Source: an uncultured Gemmatimonadaceae bacterium
Lineage (GTDB): Bacteria > Gemmatimonadota > Gemmatimonadetes > Gemmatimonadales > Gemmatimonadaceae
Assembly (NCBI GenBank): GCA_963761305.1
Contig: CAVXGK010000002.1
Coordinates: 2,496,001-2,560,000, forward strand
DNA length: 64,000 nucleotides
Reading direction: 5' to 3'
This document shows, piece by piece, positions 29,615 to 37,912 of this stretch (position 1 is the stretch's first letter; the number at the start of each line of letters is the position of its first letter). The notes beneath the pieces were generated by a model that saw only the letters and a list, made by a program, of their open reading frames with translations, ran no database searches and was not told the origin of the DNA. The position numbers and the translations under genes were made by a program.

Positions 29615-30187
29615 TTACCATCTGCTCGTGGGGGCTACGTCGAGTACAAAGCACCCCCAGTCGCTTCCCGCTGTGGCGACGATGACCCATTGGCCCGCGC
29701 TCGGAAGGGACACCTCACTCGGATAGCCGTACAAGCGTCCAGACGGTCCCGGACTGTAGGCCAAGCCTTCGACGCGGAATCGGACCGAATCAGCCCCGTT
29801 CCCAATGCGAGCCGCCCGAACGACGAGAGGTTTCTGCAACGAAGAGCCGTGTAACGGGAGCCAGACGACCTTGTATCCCTTTACCGCGTGAAACCCACCC
29901 CATGATGCGTTGAGAAACCCTCCGCGGACGATAAAGTCACCTGAGCGCAAGGAGCCGTTCGGGGCCGAGGTGTACGCGACGTACGCCGACGCCACCACGC
30001 AGCGCCTTTCAGCGGTTCCGCCGAACGGGTCGCTGAAGTAGGGTTGCTGGGCCACCTGCGGCGCGTCGTGCGCGAAATCGGCCCCTTGGGCTTCGGCCTC
30101 TCGAACGGTCATGGGTATGTTCTGCGCTCTCACGACGTGCGTCGTCGTCGCAATCATCAACGCCGCGGCCAAACTGACCTTCCGCAT
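29615..30187 (-). CDS. Hypothetical secreted protein
   Basis: Signal peptide MRKVSLAAALMIATTTHVVRA-Q, RBS GGAGG, beta-rich C-terminus (YPSEVSLPSAGQWVIVATAGSDWGCFVLDV). Confidence 0.65.
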   Translation of the reverse strand: MRKVSLAAALMIATTTHVVRAQNIPMTVREAEAQGADFAHDAPQVAQQPYFSDPFGGTAERRCVVASAYVAYTSAPNGSLRSGDFIVRGGFLNASWGGFHAVKGYKVVWLPLHGSSLQKPLVVRAARIGNGADSVRFRVEGLAYSPGPSGRLYGYPSEVSLPSAGQWVIVATAGSDWGCFVLDVAPTSRW

Positions 30188-30322
30188 GCCAGCCTCCATC
30201 GAAGGTTCGGAGATCAAAGTGGCCGCAAGCACTGCGCCCAGCGCCGCGATTAGGGCCGGGGACGGGCTCTGCAATCAGGACCCCGGCGTTTTGCGCGCCG
30301 TCACGATCAGAGCAGCCCGGCC

Positions 30323-30724
30323 CTACGGCATGCCTCGGGCACCAGTCACTAGGACCGCAACCGTGACGACGACGGTGCCAGAGATCGCGGTGTCCGCCTG
30401 CGAGGTCGCAATGATCGTCGTCGTGCCGAGCGAATCAGCCGTCATCATGCCGGTCTGATCTACGGTTGCGATGCGGGTATTCGACGAGGACCACGTAACC
30501 CTGTCGTCGGTAAGCCCTGGCCCGCCCACTACGGACGCGGAGAAAGTGAGCTTCGTGCCGAGGTTTATGGAGAGGGGTCCCGACGGGATCACCGTCACAG
30601 AATGCACAGTGCTGTCCTGCGGGATTACCCGAGCGACGAGGTTGTCGCCGCAAGCTACGGTGCTGGACGTGACGGCAAACGTCAGAGCGGCCAGCACGAC
30701 AGTCGAACGAACGACAGGTGGCAT
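30323..30724 (-). CDS. Putative lipoprotein with a bacterial Ig-like (Big_2) domain
   Basis: TVA-C lipobox-like motif and VTWSSSNTRIATVDQTGMMTA...GTTTIIATS. Confidence 0.75.
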   Translation of the reverse strand: MPPVVRSTVVLAALTFAVTSSTVACGDNLVARVIPQDSTVHSVTVIPSGPLSINLGTKLTFSASVVGGPGLTDDRVTWSSSNTRIATVDQTGMMTADSLGTTTIIATSQADTAISGTVVVTVAVLVTGARGMP

Positions 30725-30823
30725 CTAACCGTCCCCCATGGCTTAACTGCAAAAAAATGTCGCGTCACGCACGTCTCCACCAACGGTCGGCCGACGATCA
30801 GTGATGATTTCGGCGGCAACGTG

Positions 30824-30863
30824 GGCGGATGCCGACGTCCTGACCGCCGGCATCCGCCGTTTT
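30824..30863. terminator. GC-rich stem-loop 25 bp past the stop of the 251-aa gene
   Basis: GGCGGATGCCG / CGGCATCCGCC 11-bp stem. The T-run is on the plus side only. Confidence 0.5.
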
Positions 30864-30882
30864 CACGGCGTCCGATCGTCCT

Positions 30883-31638
30883 CTACCCTGTCACACTGGG
30901 CGCGGCTGGTTGCGGCGGTGCCGCAGCCACCGGTGGCGCCTTCACCGGCGTCACCACCTTCACCGGCGTCACCACCTTCACTGGCGTCACCGCTGTCCGC
31001 ACGGGCCCGGGCTTGGCGGGAATGCGCCGAACCGCATTCCACTCGGCGAGCAACTGCTCGTCGGTCACGGCCTGCTGAATCGCCGCATCGAGCAGGTGCA
31101 GCGCTCGGCGCCCGCCGGCGGTTCCCGATCCGAGCGCGATGGTGGAACCCCGGCGCTTGGCGCTGTGATCGCTGCGTCCGTCGAGCGATGATCCGATCTG
31201 CTGCAACATCGCCCTCAGATCATCGAGAAAACTCGGCCTGAGGCCCGCGGCGACGAATGTCGCCGTGTACGGCGCCGCTGCGTTGGCCATCGCGTTGGCA
31301 GCGTCGACGAGCGGCGCGCCGACGAGGCGGACCGGCGGAAGCCGCAGGGCGGCCAGCTCCGGAACGTCTCCGAGCGTGGCCGCCGCCACCTTGGCGATCG
31401 GCCGCAAGAATTGCCGGCGCAACGCGAGCCGGAGACTCCGTTGCTTGCTGGTCTCGCCGGTCGAGCCGATCCGGTGCTCGGCCTGCGCGACCGCGTGCCC
31501 GTCGAGCGACGCGATGGCGTCGTCCAACGCTTTACGCGCTCCGGAGCTGTTCACCGATGCCAACGCCGCCGCGTTGGCGTCGAGGAACCGCTGGACATTC
31601 ACCAGCGTGTCCCGGACGTAACTCTGCTTCTGCTTCAT
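30883..31638 (-). CDS. Hypothetical all-alpha-helical protein with a Pro/Val-rich repeat tail
   Basis: Strong RBS (GAGGGAGGT), amphipathic helical patterning and a (VTPVKV)x3 tail. Confidence 0.8.
   Translation of the reverse strand: MKQKQSYVRDTLVNVQRFLDANAAALASVNSSGARKALDDAIASLDGHAVAQAEHRIGSTGETSKQRSLRLALRRQFLRPIAKVAAATLGDVPELAALRLPPVRLVGAPLVDAANAMANAAAPYTATFVAAGLRPSFLDDLRAMLQQIGSSLDGRSDHSAKRRGSTIALGSGTAGGRRALHLLDAAIQQAVTDEQLLAEWNAVRRIPAKPGPVRTAVTPVKVVTPVKVVTPVKAPPVAAAPPQPAAPSVTG
30939..30992 (-). repeat. 18-bp tandem repeat x3 (coding)
   Basis: CCTTCACCGGCGTCACCA x2 plus CCTTCACTGGCGTCACCG. Confidence 0.9.
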
Positions 31639-31756
31639 TAGTACCTCCCTCGAGCGCCGGCAATGTATGCACGCGACGCGGGCGCCCGCGCGGCAGCGTG
31701 CGACCGGCGGACCGATGTGCCGCCGGCGGAATGGTGGCTGCGAAGCTCACTGCTAT

Positions 31757-32135
31757 GTGTCCCCGGTTCACCGCGAAGTGTCGGGAACTCATCGCGACGT
31801 GACGCGTACTCGTCGGAACGTGTCGCGAAGTCATTGCGACGTGTCGCGAAGTCATTGCGACGTGTCGCGAAGTCATTGCGACGTGTCGCGAACTCATTGC
31901 GACGTGTCGCGAAGTCATTGCGACGTGCCGCGAACTCATTGCGACGGGTCGCGAACTCATTGCGACGGGTCGTGGAACTCATTGCGACGTTCCCCGATGC
32001 AAACGGCGGGGGCCCCGGCTTGCGCGACAGGTGGCGAAGCTCAGGCGTGAGGTGTCCCCACGAGAGCGCAAAGTGGCGCCGTGGGAGTCTCAGGTGCTCG
32101 CGCCGAAGTCGAATGTGCCCCACGAATACGCTGGA
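31757..32135. repeat. 21-bp-period tandem array, conserved core 31778-31988 with degenerate flanks
   Basis: Consensus GTGTCGCGAA(G/C)TCATTGCGAC, about 10 recognisable units. GTG recurs every 21 bp at 32031, 32052, 32073, 32094 and 32115. Confidence 0.95.
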
Positions 32136-32151
32136 CCGTCGTATACCCTGT

Positions 32152-32203
32152 ACATGCACGAACTCGCAAAACGGTCTAGACCGTTTTTCGGGTTCGTGCA
32201 TGT
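32152..32203. repeat. 52-bp near-perfect palindrome with no spacer, centred on TCTAGA
   Basis: ACATGCACGAACTCGCAAAACGGTCT | AGACCGTTTTTCGGGTTCGTGCATGT, 24 of 26 positions complementary. Confidence 0.92.
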
Positions 32204-32282
32204 TCTAAGTGGGGACCGCCGAGCGGCGGACCAACGGTGAGCGGCCGCACAGCGGCTGCGTGACGCACCTTTACGAGACCGG

Positions 32283-32990
32283 ATGACCGATCAATCCACA
32301 ATCCTGCAGGTTGTGGGCGCTCCGCCGGCGGATTCTTCCGACGGCCGGGGCGATCAGGGGGCCCGCGAGACACGCGAACCGGGCCCGGAGCTCGAGCGCG
32401 AATTCGAGGCGATTTACCGCCGCGAGTTCCCGGTCGCGCTGCGATTCGCGCGGCGCTATGTGGACGATGCGACGGCTGAAGACGTGGTGCAGTCCGTATT
32501 CATGAAATACTGGGAGGGCTACACGCAAACGCCGGCGCTGGTGTTCCGACCGGATGCAGCGCGCACGCAGGCGGCCATCCTGGCGTCGGTGCGCAACGAG
32601 TTGGGGATGGCGCGCCGACACGCGAAAACGTTGCTGCGGAAGGCCGACCAGATCCGCGCCGCGGTCGTCGACACGATGCGCAACGCGGCGGCGCCGGAGC
32701 GGCGGCCGGCCGAGTTGGAGTTGTCGGAGGCCGTGGCGCGGGCCCTCGACCGGTTGCCAACGCGCCAGCGCGAGGTCTTCGCGCTCGTGAAGTTCGACGA
32801 GAAGTCGTACGAGGAGGCAGGGGAAATTCTGGGTATCTCACCACGAACCGTTCATCAGCACTTGGTGAAGGCGAACGCGCGGCTCCGCGCGGAACTGGCG
32901 GAGTACGCGATCCCGGAGCCCGATTGGTCGTATCTCGACTACTACGAAGACGTGCGCGACGGCGGAGGGAGGAAGGATGAGCAACCTTGA
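32283..32990 (+). CDS. ECF-type RNA polymerase sigma factor
   Basis: Region 2 FEAIYRR...AEDVVQSVFMKYW. Region 4 ALDRLPTRQREVF...SYEEAGEILGISPRTVHQHL. Confidence 0.88.
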   Translation: MTDQSTILQVVGAPPADSSDGRGDQGARETREPGPELEREFEAIYRREFPVALRFARRYVDDATAEDVVQSVFMKYWEGYTQTPALVFRPDAARTQAAILASVRNELGMARRHAKTLLRKADQIRAAVVDTMRNAAAPERRPAELELSEAVARALDRLPTRQREVFALVKFDEKSYEEAGEILGISPRTVHQHLVKANARLRAELAEYAIPEPDWSYLDYYEDVRDGGGRKDEQP

Positions 32991-33378
32991 TGGGGAGGCG
33001 GCGCCGGTGACGGCGACGGACGCCGACGCGGCCATGGCTGCCGGGCTGGCCCGACTCAAGGATCTGGTGGCAGACTGGCGACTGACACTCGACGCGGCGA
33101 TGGCAGTCGAGCGAATCGCCGAGCGGTCATTGAGCATCGTGACGGCCTATCTGGCCGGCGAGCTGCCACCGGCGATCGCGGGCGAGGTGACGGACATTCT
33201 GCGGACCGAGCCGTGGTTGCGCGCCGCGCACGCCAAACTATTCGCGGCCTGGCAGGCGCCGAACGCCGAGCGAGCGGTGAGCAAAGAGGAAGTCGATACA
33301 GCGTATGGCCGATTCGAGGCGATGCGCGCGGCGAAGTTCGGCCGAGGTGCGGCCGGGCGGGGGCCATCGAGCGCGTGA
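32977..33378 (+). CDS. Hypothetical protein resembling a stand-alone anti-sigma N-terminal domain
   Basis: Overlaps the sigma stop, GGAGG RBS, motif IVTAYLAGEL...W...VDTAYGRFEA. Confidence 0.6.
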   Translation: MSNLDGEAAPVTATDADAAMAAGLARLKDLVADWRLTLDAAMAVERIAERSLSIVTAYLAGELPPAIAGEVTDILRTEPWLRAAHAKLFAAWQAPNAERAVSKEEVDTAYGRFEAMRAAKFGRGAAGRGPSSA

Positions 33379-33674
33379 GACCGAATCTCGGTCCGCCGCG
33401 CGAGCTGCTCGTCCGCCCGCTCGAAAGCGATCATCGCCGCGCGGTGGTACGCTTGGCGTCGGCAACAGGTATCATCGGCGGCAGCTCGCTGGCGGCGATG
33501 GCGCTGTTCGCGTCGCACGCGAGGCTCGGCTGGCGTCTCGTCAGCCTGATCGGGGGCGTGGCGTCGGTGGCGCTGGCTGCGTGGCGCTTCAGACGGCCGA
33601 GCAAACGGAACCTGCTCGGCATGGTGGTTCTGGGGTGGACCATCGCGGCGGCCGCGCTCGCGATGTGGACCTAG
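33375..33674 (+). CDS. Small membrane protein (about 3 TM)
   Basis: GTGA overlap with the previous gene and three hydrophobic segments. Confidence 0.5.
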   Translation: MRPNLGPPRELLVRPLESDHRRAVVRLASATGIIGGSSLAAMALFASHARLGWRLVSLIGGVASVALAAWRFRRPSKRNLLGMVVLGWTIAAAALAMWT

Positions 33675-33675
33675 C

Positions 33676-34677
33676 TCAGAGCTCGCGACTGAGAATGCGG
33701 CGCAGCATCGACGTGTCGATGTTGCCGCCACAGAAGATGATGCCGACGCGCTTGCCGGCGAGGCGGTCGGCGAGCTTGGGCAGCGCGGCGAAACCCATCG
33801 CGCCCGCGCCTTCCACCAGATTGTGCGTCTCGGCGACGATCGTACGCAGCGATTCGGCGATCTCGGCGTCGGTCACGGTCACGAATCCGGCGAGACCGTC
33901 TTGCAACGCGGGAAACGTGAGGTCGTAGGTCGTCCGCGTCGCGACGCCTTCGGCGAACGTGTCCGAGCGCGGCGTCGTGAGACGCGTGTGCGCGTGCCAC
34001 GAATCGTGAATCGCGCTCGCGCCGGCGGCCTGCACGCCGTACACCTCGAGCGCGGGTGACAACTCGCGCGCCACCGTCATCGCGCCGACCGCCTGCGAGC
34101 CGCCGCCGACGGCGATCACCAGCGCGTCGATCGCCGGCTCCTGCGAAAGAATCTCGAGCGTCATCGTACCCGCGCCGGCCACGATGCGCGGATCGTTCGT
34201 CGAGTGCGCGATCGTGCGCCCTTCCCTCTCGGCGATGCGCAGCATCACGCCGACGGCCTCGTCGTAGTCGTTGCCTTCTTCGACGACGGTGGCGCCGAGG
34301 GCGCGCATCGCGGTGTTCTTGCCGGGATTGTTGCCCGCCGGCACGCACACGGTGACGCTCACGCCGAGCAGTTGACCGCCGAACGCGATCCCTTGCCCGT
34401 GGTTTCCCGTGGAGGCCGCGACGACACCGCGCCGGCGTTCGTCGGGCCCAAGCGCCGTCATGAACGAGAGGCCGTTCCGGATCTTGAACGAGTTTGTCGG
34501 CTGGTGGTTCTCGTGCTTGACGTAGACGTCGATGTCGTGGCCCGCCAACTGGGCGAGACGCGGGTATCGGCGAAACGGAGTCGGCGCGAGAAAAGGCGCG
34601 ATTCGTTCGCCGGCGGCCCGCACGTCGTCGAACGTGATCGGCCAGGCCGTCCTGGTCGCGTCGGGGGTCGCGGTCAT
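33676..34677 (-). CDS. PLP-dependent threonine/serine dehydratase family protein
   Basis: KHENHQPTNSFKIRNG, ASTGNHGQG, VGGGS and CGGNID. Confidence 0.9.
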   Translation of the reverse strand: MTATPDATRTAWPITFDDVRAAGERIAPFLAPTPFRRYPRLAQLAGHDIDVYVKHENHQPTNSFKIRNGLSFMTALGPDERRRGVVAASTGNHGQGIAFGGQLLGVSVTVCVPAGNNPGKNTAMRALGATVVEEGNDYDEAVGVMLRIAEREGRTIAHSTNDPRIVAGAGTMTLEILSQEPAIDALVIAVGGGSQAVGAMTVARELSPALEVYGVQAAGASAIHDSWHAHTRLTTPRSDTFAEGVATRTTYDLTFPALQDGLAGFVTVTDAEIAESLRTIVAETHNLVEGAGAMGFAALPKLADRLAGKRVGIIFCGGNIDTSMLRRILSREL

Positions 34678-36029
34678 CGAGGCAGTTCTGTCGAGATGAG
34701 CATCGACGTGAGCGCCACGATGATGACGCCAATGATCAGCTCACCCAGCGCGCTGCGGGCGAAGCGCCGTCCGGTGTCGTTGGTCCACTCGGACGTGACG
34801 AATCGCCGCCAATGATAGACGCCGAACGCCAACGCGACGACCACGAATATGAGTTTGCGAAAGAGCCAGCTGCCGTAATCGGTCGTCCAGAGCGTGCTCA
34901 ACGTCGGCAAGCGCAGGAACGCTGCGATGACGCCGCTCGCCACCACGAGCACGACGCCGTCGACCGCGGCCGTATGGTACGAGCGGGTCAACGATGAGCC
35001 GGCTCGCGGCGATTCGGCGGAGCTCATGCGTCCGAGCGCCGGCAGTCCGACGAGGACCATCATCGCCAGCGCGCCCATCCAGGCACCGGCGCCCAGCACG
35101 TGGGTCACGTCGGCGGAGATCGAGAGCGCCGGGTGTCGAAGCGCCGCGGCGTGGCCGGTCAGCGCTTCGCTCACGCAGATGAGCACCGCGCCCAGAGCGG
35201 CCAGAAACCACCCTGCCGTCGAACGCGCGGCGATCATGAGACCGAGCAGCACGGTCACGGCGCCGACGGCCCCCGTGAACCAACCGTGGCCCCATCGCGT
35301 GTCGCGTGCGACGTCGACGACCGCTCCGAGGGATGAACTGGCCCCCGCCAGAAGTTGCGATTGCAACACGACGCGCGCGATCGTCGCGGCGATGAACACC
35401 ATGATCGCGGCGACCGCCCACCGCCGCGATCGGGTCGCCGCGTCGCGAACGGCATCGTCGGGCCAGCCCGCCTGCGCGAGCACGCCGAGCCTGAAGACGA
35501 CGGCGCCAATCACCAACAAAAGAGCGGCCAGCTCAGCCCACCGCACCGGGGCCGGGGTCGCCGCACCTTGGGGCATGGGCATCGACGTCGGCGCGACCGG
35601 AGTGACCGTCACGCTGGGCTTCTGCGCGGGAGGAGCAGCGGGCGCCGCCACGCCGTTCACGCGAAACGAGAATTTGCCGTTCGTCGCGTGTCCGTCGGAC
35701 GCGGCCGTACGCCATACGATGGAGTAGGCCCCCCGCGACAGCGAGCCATTTATCGCGAGCGACAGCCCATTCTGCGGGAGGGCCGTCGGCGGTCCGAGCG
35801 GGATCTGAGCGCCGGCGGAGTCGAGCAACTGAACGGTCGTGAAGCGCAGCTCGGGTTGCTCGGAGAACCAAAGCGAGATCGTGGTCGGCGCCGTGTCGAG
35901 CACGGCGTTCGCGGCGGGCGTGCTCTTGACGAGCCGCGCATGCGCGAAGAGAATCGCGGGCGTGGCCAACACGGCGATCGCGGACAGCGCGACGGCGATC
36001 GGATGACGGAGAGCTCGGGGGATTCGCAC
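34674..36029 (-). CDS. Copper resistance/uptake CopC-CopD fusion protein
   Basis: Signal peptide then HARLVKSTPA...W..AASDGH (CopC). Then TGHA, HVLGAGAWMGAL and TDYGSWLFRKL (CopD). Confidence 0.9.
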   Translation of the reverse strand: MRIPRALRHPIAVALSAIAVLATPAILFAHARLVKSTPAANAVLDTAPTTISLWFSEQPELRFTTVQLLDSAGAQIPLGPPTALPQNGLSLAINGSLSRGAYSIVWRTAASDGHATNGKFSFRVNGVAAPAAPPAQKPSVTVTPVAPTSMPMPQGAATPAPVRWAELAALLLVIGAVVFRLGVLAQAGWPDDAVRDAATRSRRWAVAAIMVFIAATIARVVLQSQLLAGASSSLGAVVDVARDTRWGHGWFTGAVGAVTVLLGLMIAARSTAGWFLAALGAVLICVSEALTGHAAALRHPALSISADVTHVLGAGAWMGALAMMVLVGLPALGRMSSAESPRAGSSLTRSYHTAAVDGVVLVVASGVIAAFLRLPTLSTLWTTDYGSWLFRKLIFVVVALAFGVYHWRRFVTSEWTNDTGRRFARSALGELIIGVIIVALTSMLISTELPR

Positions 36030-36158
36030 GCCCTAAGATCGAGACCAGAGGCGTCGCGCGCAAACGCACCCGTCGCGCTCCGTTCGCCGGCCCGTCGTGC
36101 GCCAGGGGCGGAACCACATACATTTCGCGCCACTCGAAACGCCCACCCAAGTCCGGCG

Positions 36159-36794
36159 ATGCTTTCGTTCACTTCGATTCTGCTGCTCGGATTCGTGCTC
36201 GGCATGCGACACGCGACCGATCCGGATCACGTGGTCGCCGTCACGACCATAGTGAGCGACGAAAAATCCCTCTGGCGTGCGAGCATGGTGGGGGCGGTGT
36301 GGGGCGTGGGCCACAGCATCACGATTCTCGCCGTCGGCGGCGCGATCGTGCTGTTCCGTCTCGTCATTCCGCCGCGACTCGGCTTGATGCTCGAGTTCTG
36401 CGTTGCACTCATGCTGATCGCGCTCGGCATGCTCACGCTGAGCGGCCGGCGGCTCGGGTCGCCGAACAACATGGCTCGGCCGCTCGTCGTTGGAATCGTG
36501 CACGGGCTGGCGGGATCGGCGTTCGTCGCGCTGCTCGTGCTGGCGGCGGTGCCGGGGGCGGTACTCCAACTTCTGTACCTGGCGCTCTTCGCGACCGGGA
36601 CGATCGGCGGCATGGCGCTCATCACCGCGGTGGTCGCGCTCCCGTCGGCGGTGACGGCACGTCGATTCGTGCGCGTTCAGGGATATCTTCGCGTCGCGAG
36701 CGGACTGGCGAGTCTCGTGTTTGGCGTGGTGCTGGTGCAACGCGGCGTATCACAAGGCCTGTTCGACGCCGTACCGCACTGGACGCCGCAGTGA
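36159..36794 (+). CDS. Nickel/cobalt permease-like membrane protein (NiCoT/UreH family)
   Basis: GMRHATDPDHV, WGVGHS and GIVHGLAGSA. Confidence 0.85.
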   Translation: MLSFTSILLLGFVLGMRHATDPDHVVAVTTIVSDEKSLWRASMVGAVWGVGHSITILAVGGAIVLFRLVIPPRLGLMLEFCVALMLIALGMLTLSGRRLGSPNNMARPLVVGIVHGLAGSAFVALLVLAAVPGAVLQLLYLALFATGTIGGMALITAVVALPSAVTARRFVRVQGYLRVASGLASLVFGVVLVQRGVSQGLFDAVPHWTPQ

Positions 36795-37525
36795 CCGCGG
36801 TCGCGCGCCGGCGGGGGGAATTCAGCCGGCGGCTGCGACGCTGGTACGCTCGAAACGCACGCGATCTCCCGTGGCGGCGCACCAGAGACCCGTACGAGGT
36901 ACTCGTCTCGGAGCTCATGCTGCAGCAGACGCAGGTGTCGCGCGTGGTGACCCGGTACGCCGAGTTCCTCGAACGGTTCCCCACTCTTCACGATGTTGCG
37001 CGCGCCACGCCGGCTCGAGTCATGGAAGCGTGGGAGGGACTCGGCTACTACGCGCGAGCGCGCAATCTCCATAAACTCGCGCGCGAGGTGACGAATCACG
37101 GCCGCTCGCGCGAGGCACGACTCCCGGCTGATCCCGGCGAGCTCCGCGGGCTTCCGGGAATCGGTGCGTACACGGCTGGGGCCGTGTCATCGTTCGCCTA
37201 CGAGCGGAGAGCCGCGCTGGTCGACACGAACGTGTCGCGGGTCATCAAGCGAGCCTTCGTGCCGTCGGTCGACGCGAAGTCGTCGCGCGGGCAACGCAAG
37301 GTGTGGGCGATCGCCGAATCGCTGCTGCCGCGCACGGGCCGCGCCACCTGGACGCACAATCAGGCGCTGATGGAGCTTGGCGCGCTCGTATGCACAGCCC
37401 GCGTGGCCCATTGCGGCCGGTGCCCGGTCCGCGCAATGTGTGCCTCAGCGGCGAAACCCGGCCGAGGGCGCCGGCGTAGTTCGAGTGTGACCAGCCCGAT
37501 ACACAGCGCGGAGGAAGCCCGGTGA
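36791..37525 (+). CDS. mutY: A/G-specific adenine glycosylase, short form without the C-terminal NUDIX-like domain
   Basis: RDLPWR, VSELMLQQTQV, WEGLGYYARARNL, LPGIGAYTA, VDTNV and the C-x6-C-x2-C-x5-C Fe-S motif. Confidence 0.88.
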   Translation: MTAVARRRGEFSRRLRRWYARNARDLPWRRTRDPYEVLVSELMLQQTQVSRVVTRYAEFLERFPTLHDVARATPARVMEAWEGLGYYARARNLHKLAREVTNHGRSREARLPADPGELRGLPGIGAYTAGAVSSFAYERRAALVDTNVSRVIKRAFVPSVDAKSSRGQRKVWAIAESLLPRTGRATWTHNQALMELGALVCTARVAHCGRCPVRAMCASAAKPGRGRRRSSSVTSPIHSAEEAR

Positions 37526-37839
37526 GCGAGGACGCGATGATCCTGCGAGATATTTTCGCCTTCGTGATCGGCGTCGTGGCCATCGGATGCTTCACGGGCG
37601 TGCTTACCACGTGGATCAAGTACCGCGCGAAGCGCGTGGTGAACGCCGACGTCAACGCGCGGCTGGGTGAGATCGCCGATCGCCTGGCGAAGCTCGACAA
37701 TGCCGTCGATTCGATGTCGGTGGAGGTCGAGCGGATTTCGGAAGGCCAGCGCTTCGTGACGAAGCTGTTCGCCGAGCGCGGCACGGCGGCTGCTCTGCCT
37801 GATGGCGTGCGAGCCGGCGGGTCGACCCCCCGCCACTAG
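37522..37839 (+). CDS. Hypothetical single-TM coiled-coil protein
   Basis: TM helix followed by RLAKLDNAVDSMSVEVERISEGQRFVTKL. Confidence 0.75.
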   Translation: MSEDAMILRDIFAFVIGVVAIGCFTGVLTTWIKYRAKRVVNADVNARLGEIADRLAKLDNAVDSMSVEVERISEGQRFVTKLFAERGTAAALPDGVRAGGSTPRH

Positions 37840-37862
37840 GCCAACTAGATTTTAGCTCACGT

Positions 37863-37898
37863 GAGACGGAGCCAGCGCGCTCCGTCTCGGTCACTTTT
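37863..37898 (+). terminator. Stem-loop with a short T-run just upstream of the gltA RBS
   Basis: GAGACGGAGC / GCTCCGTCTC stem, then GGTCACTTTT. Confidence 0.4.
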
Positions 37899-37912
37899 GG
37901 AGATTCGTGAGC

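Noticed and set aside
31757..32135. CRISPR array
   Set aside because: Units are contiguous with no unique spacers, and there are no cas genes in the window.
32152..32203. Protelomerase target site or transposon end
   Set aside because: There is no protelomerase, recombinase or transposase in the window, so it is kept only as an unexplained palindrome.
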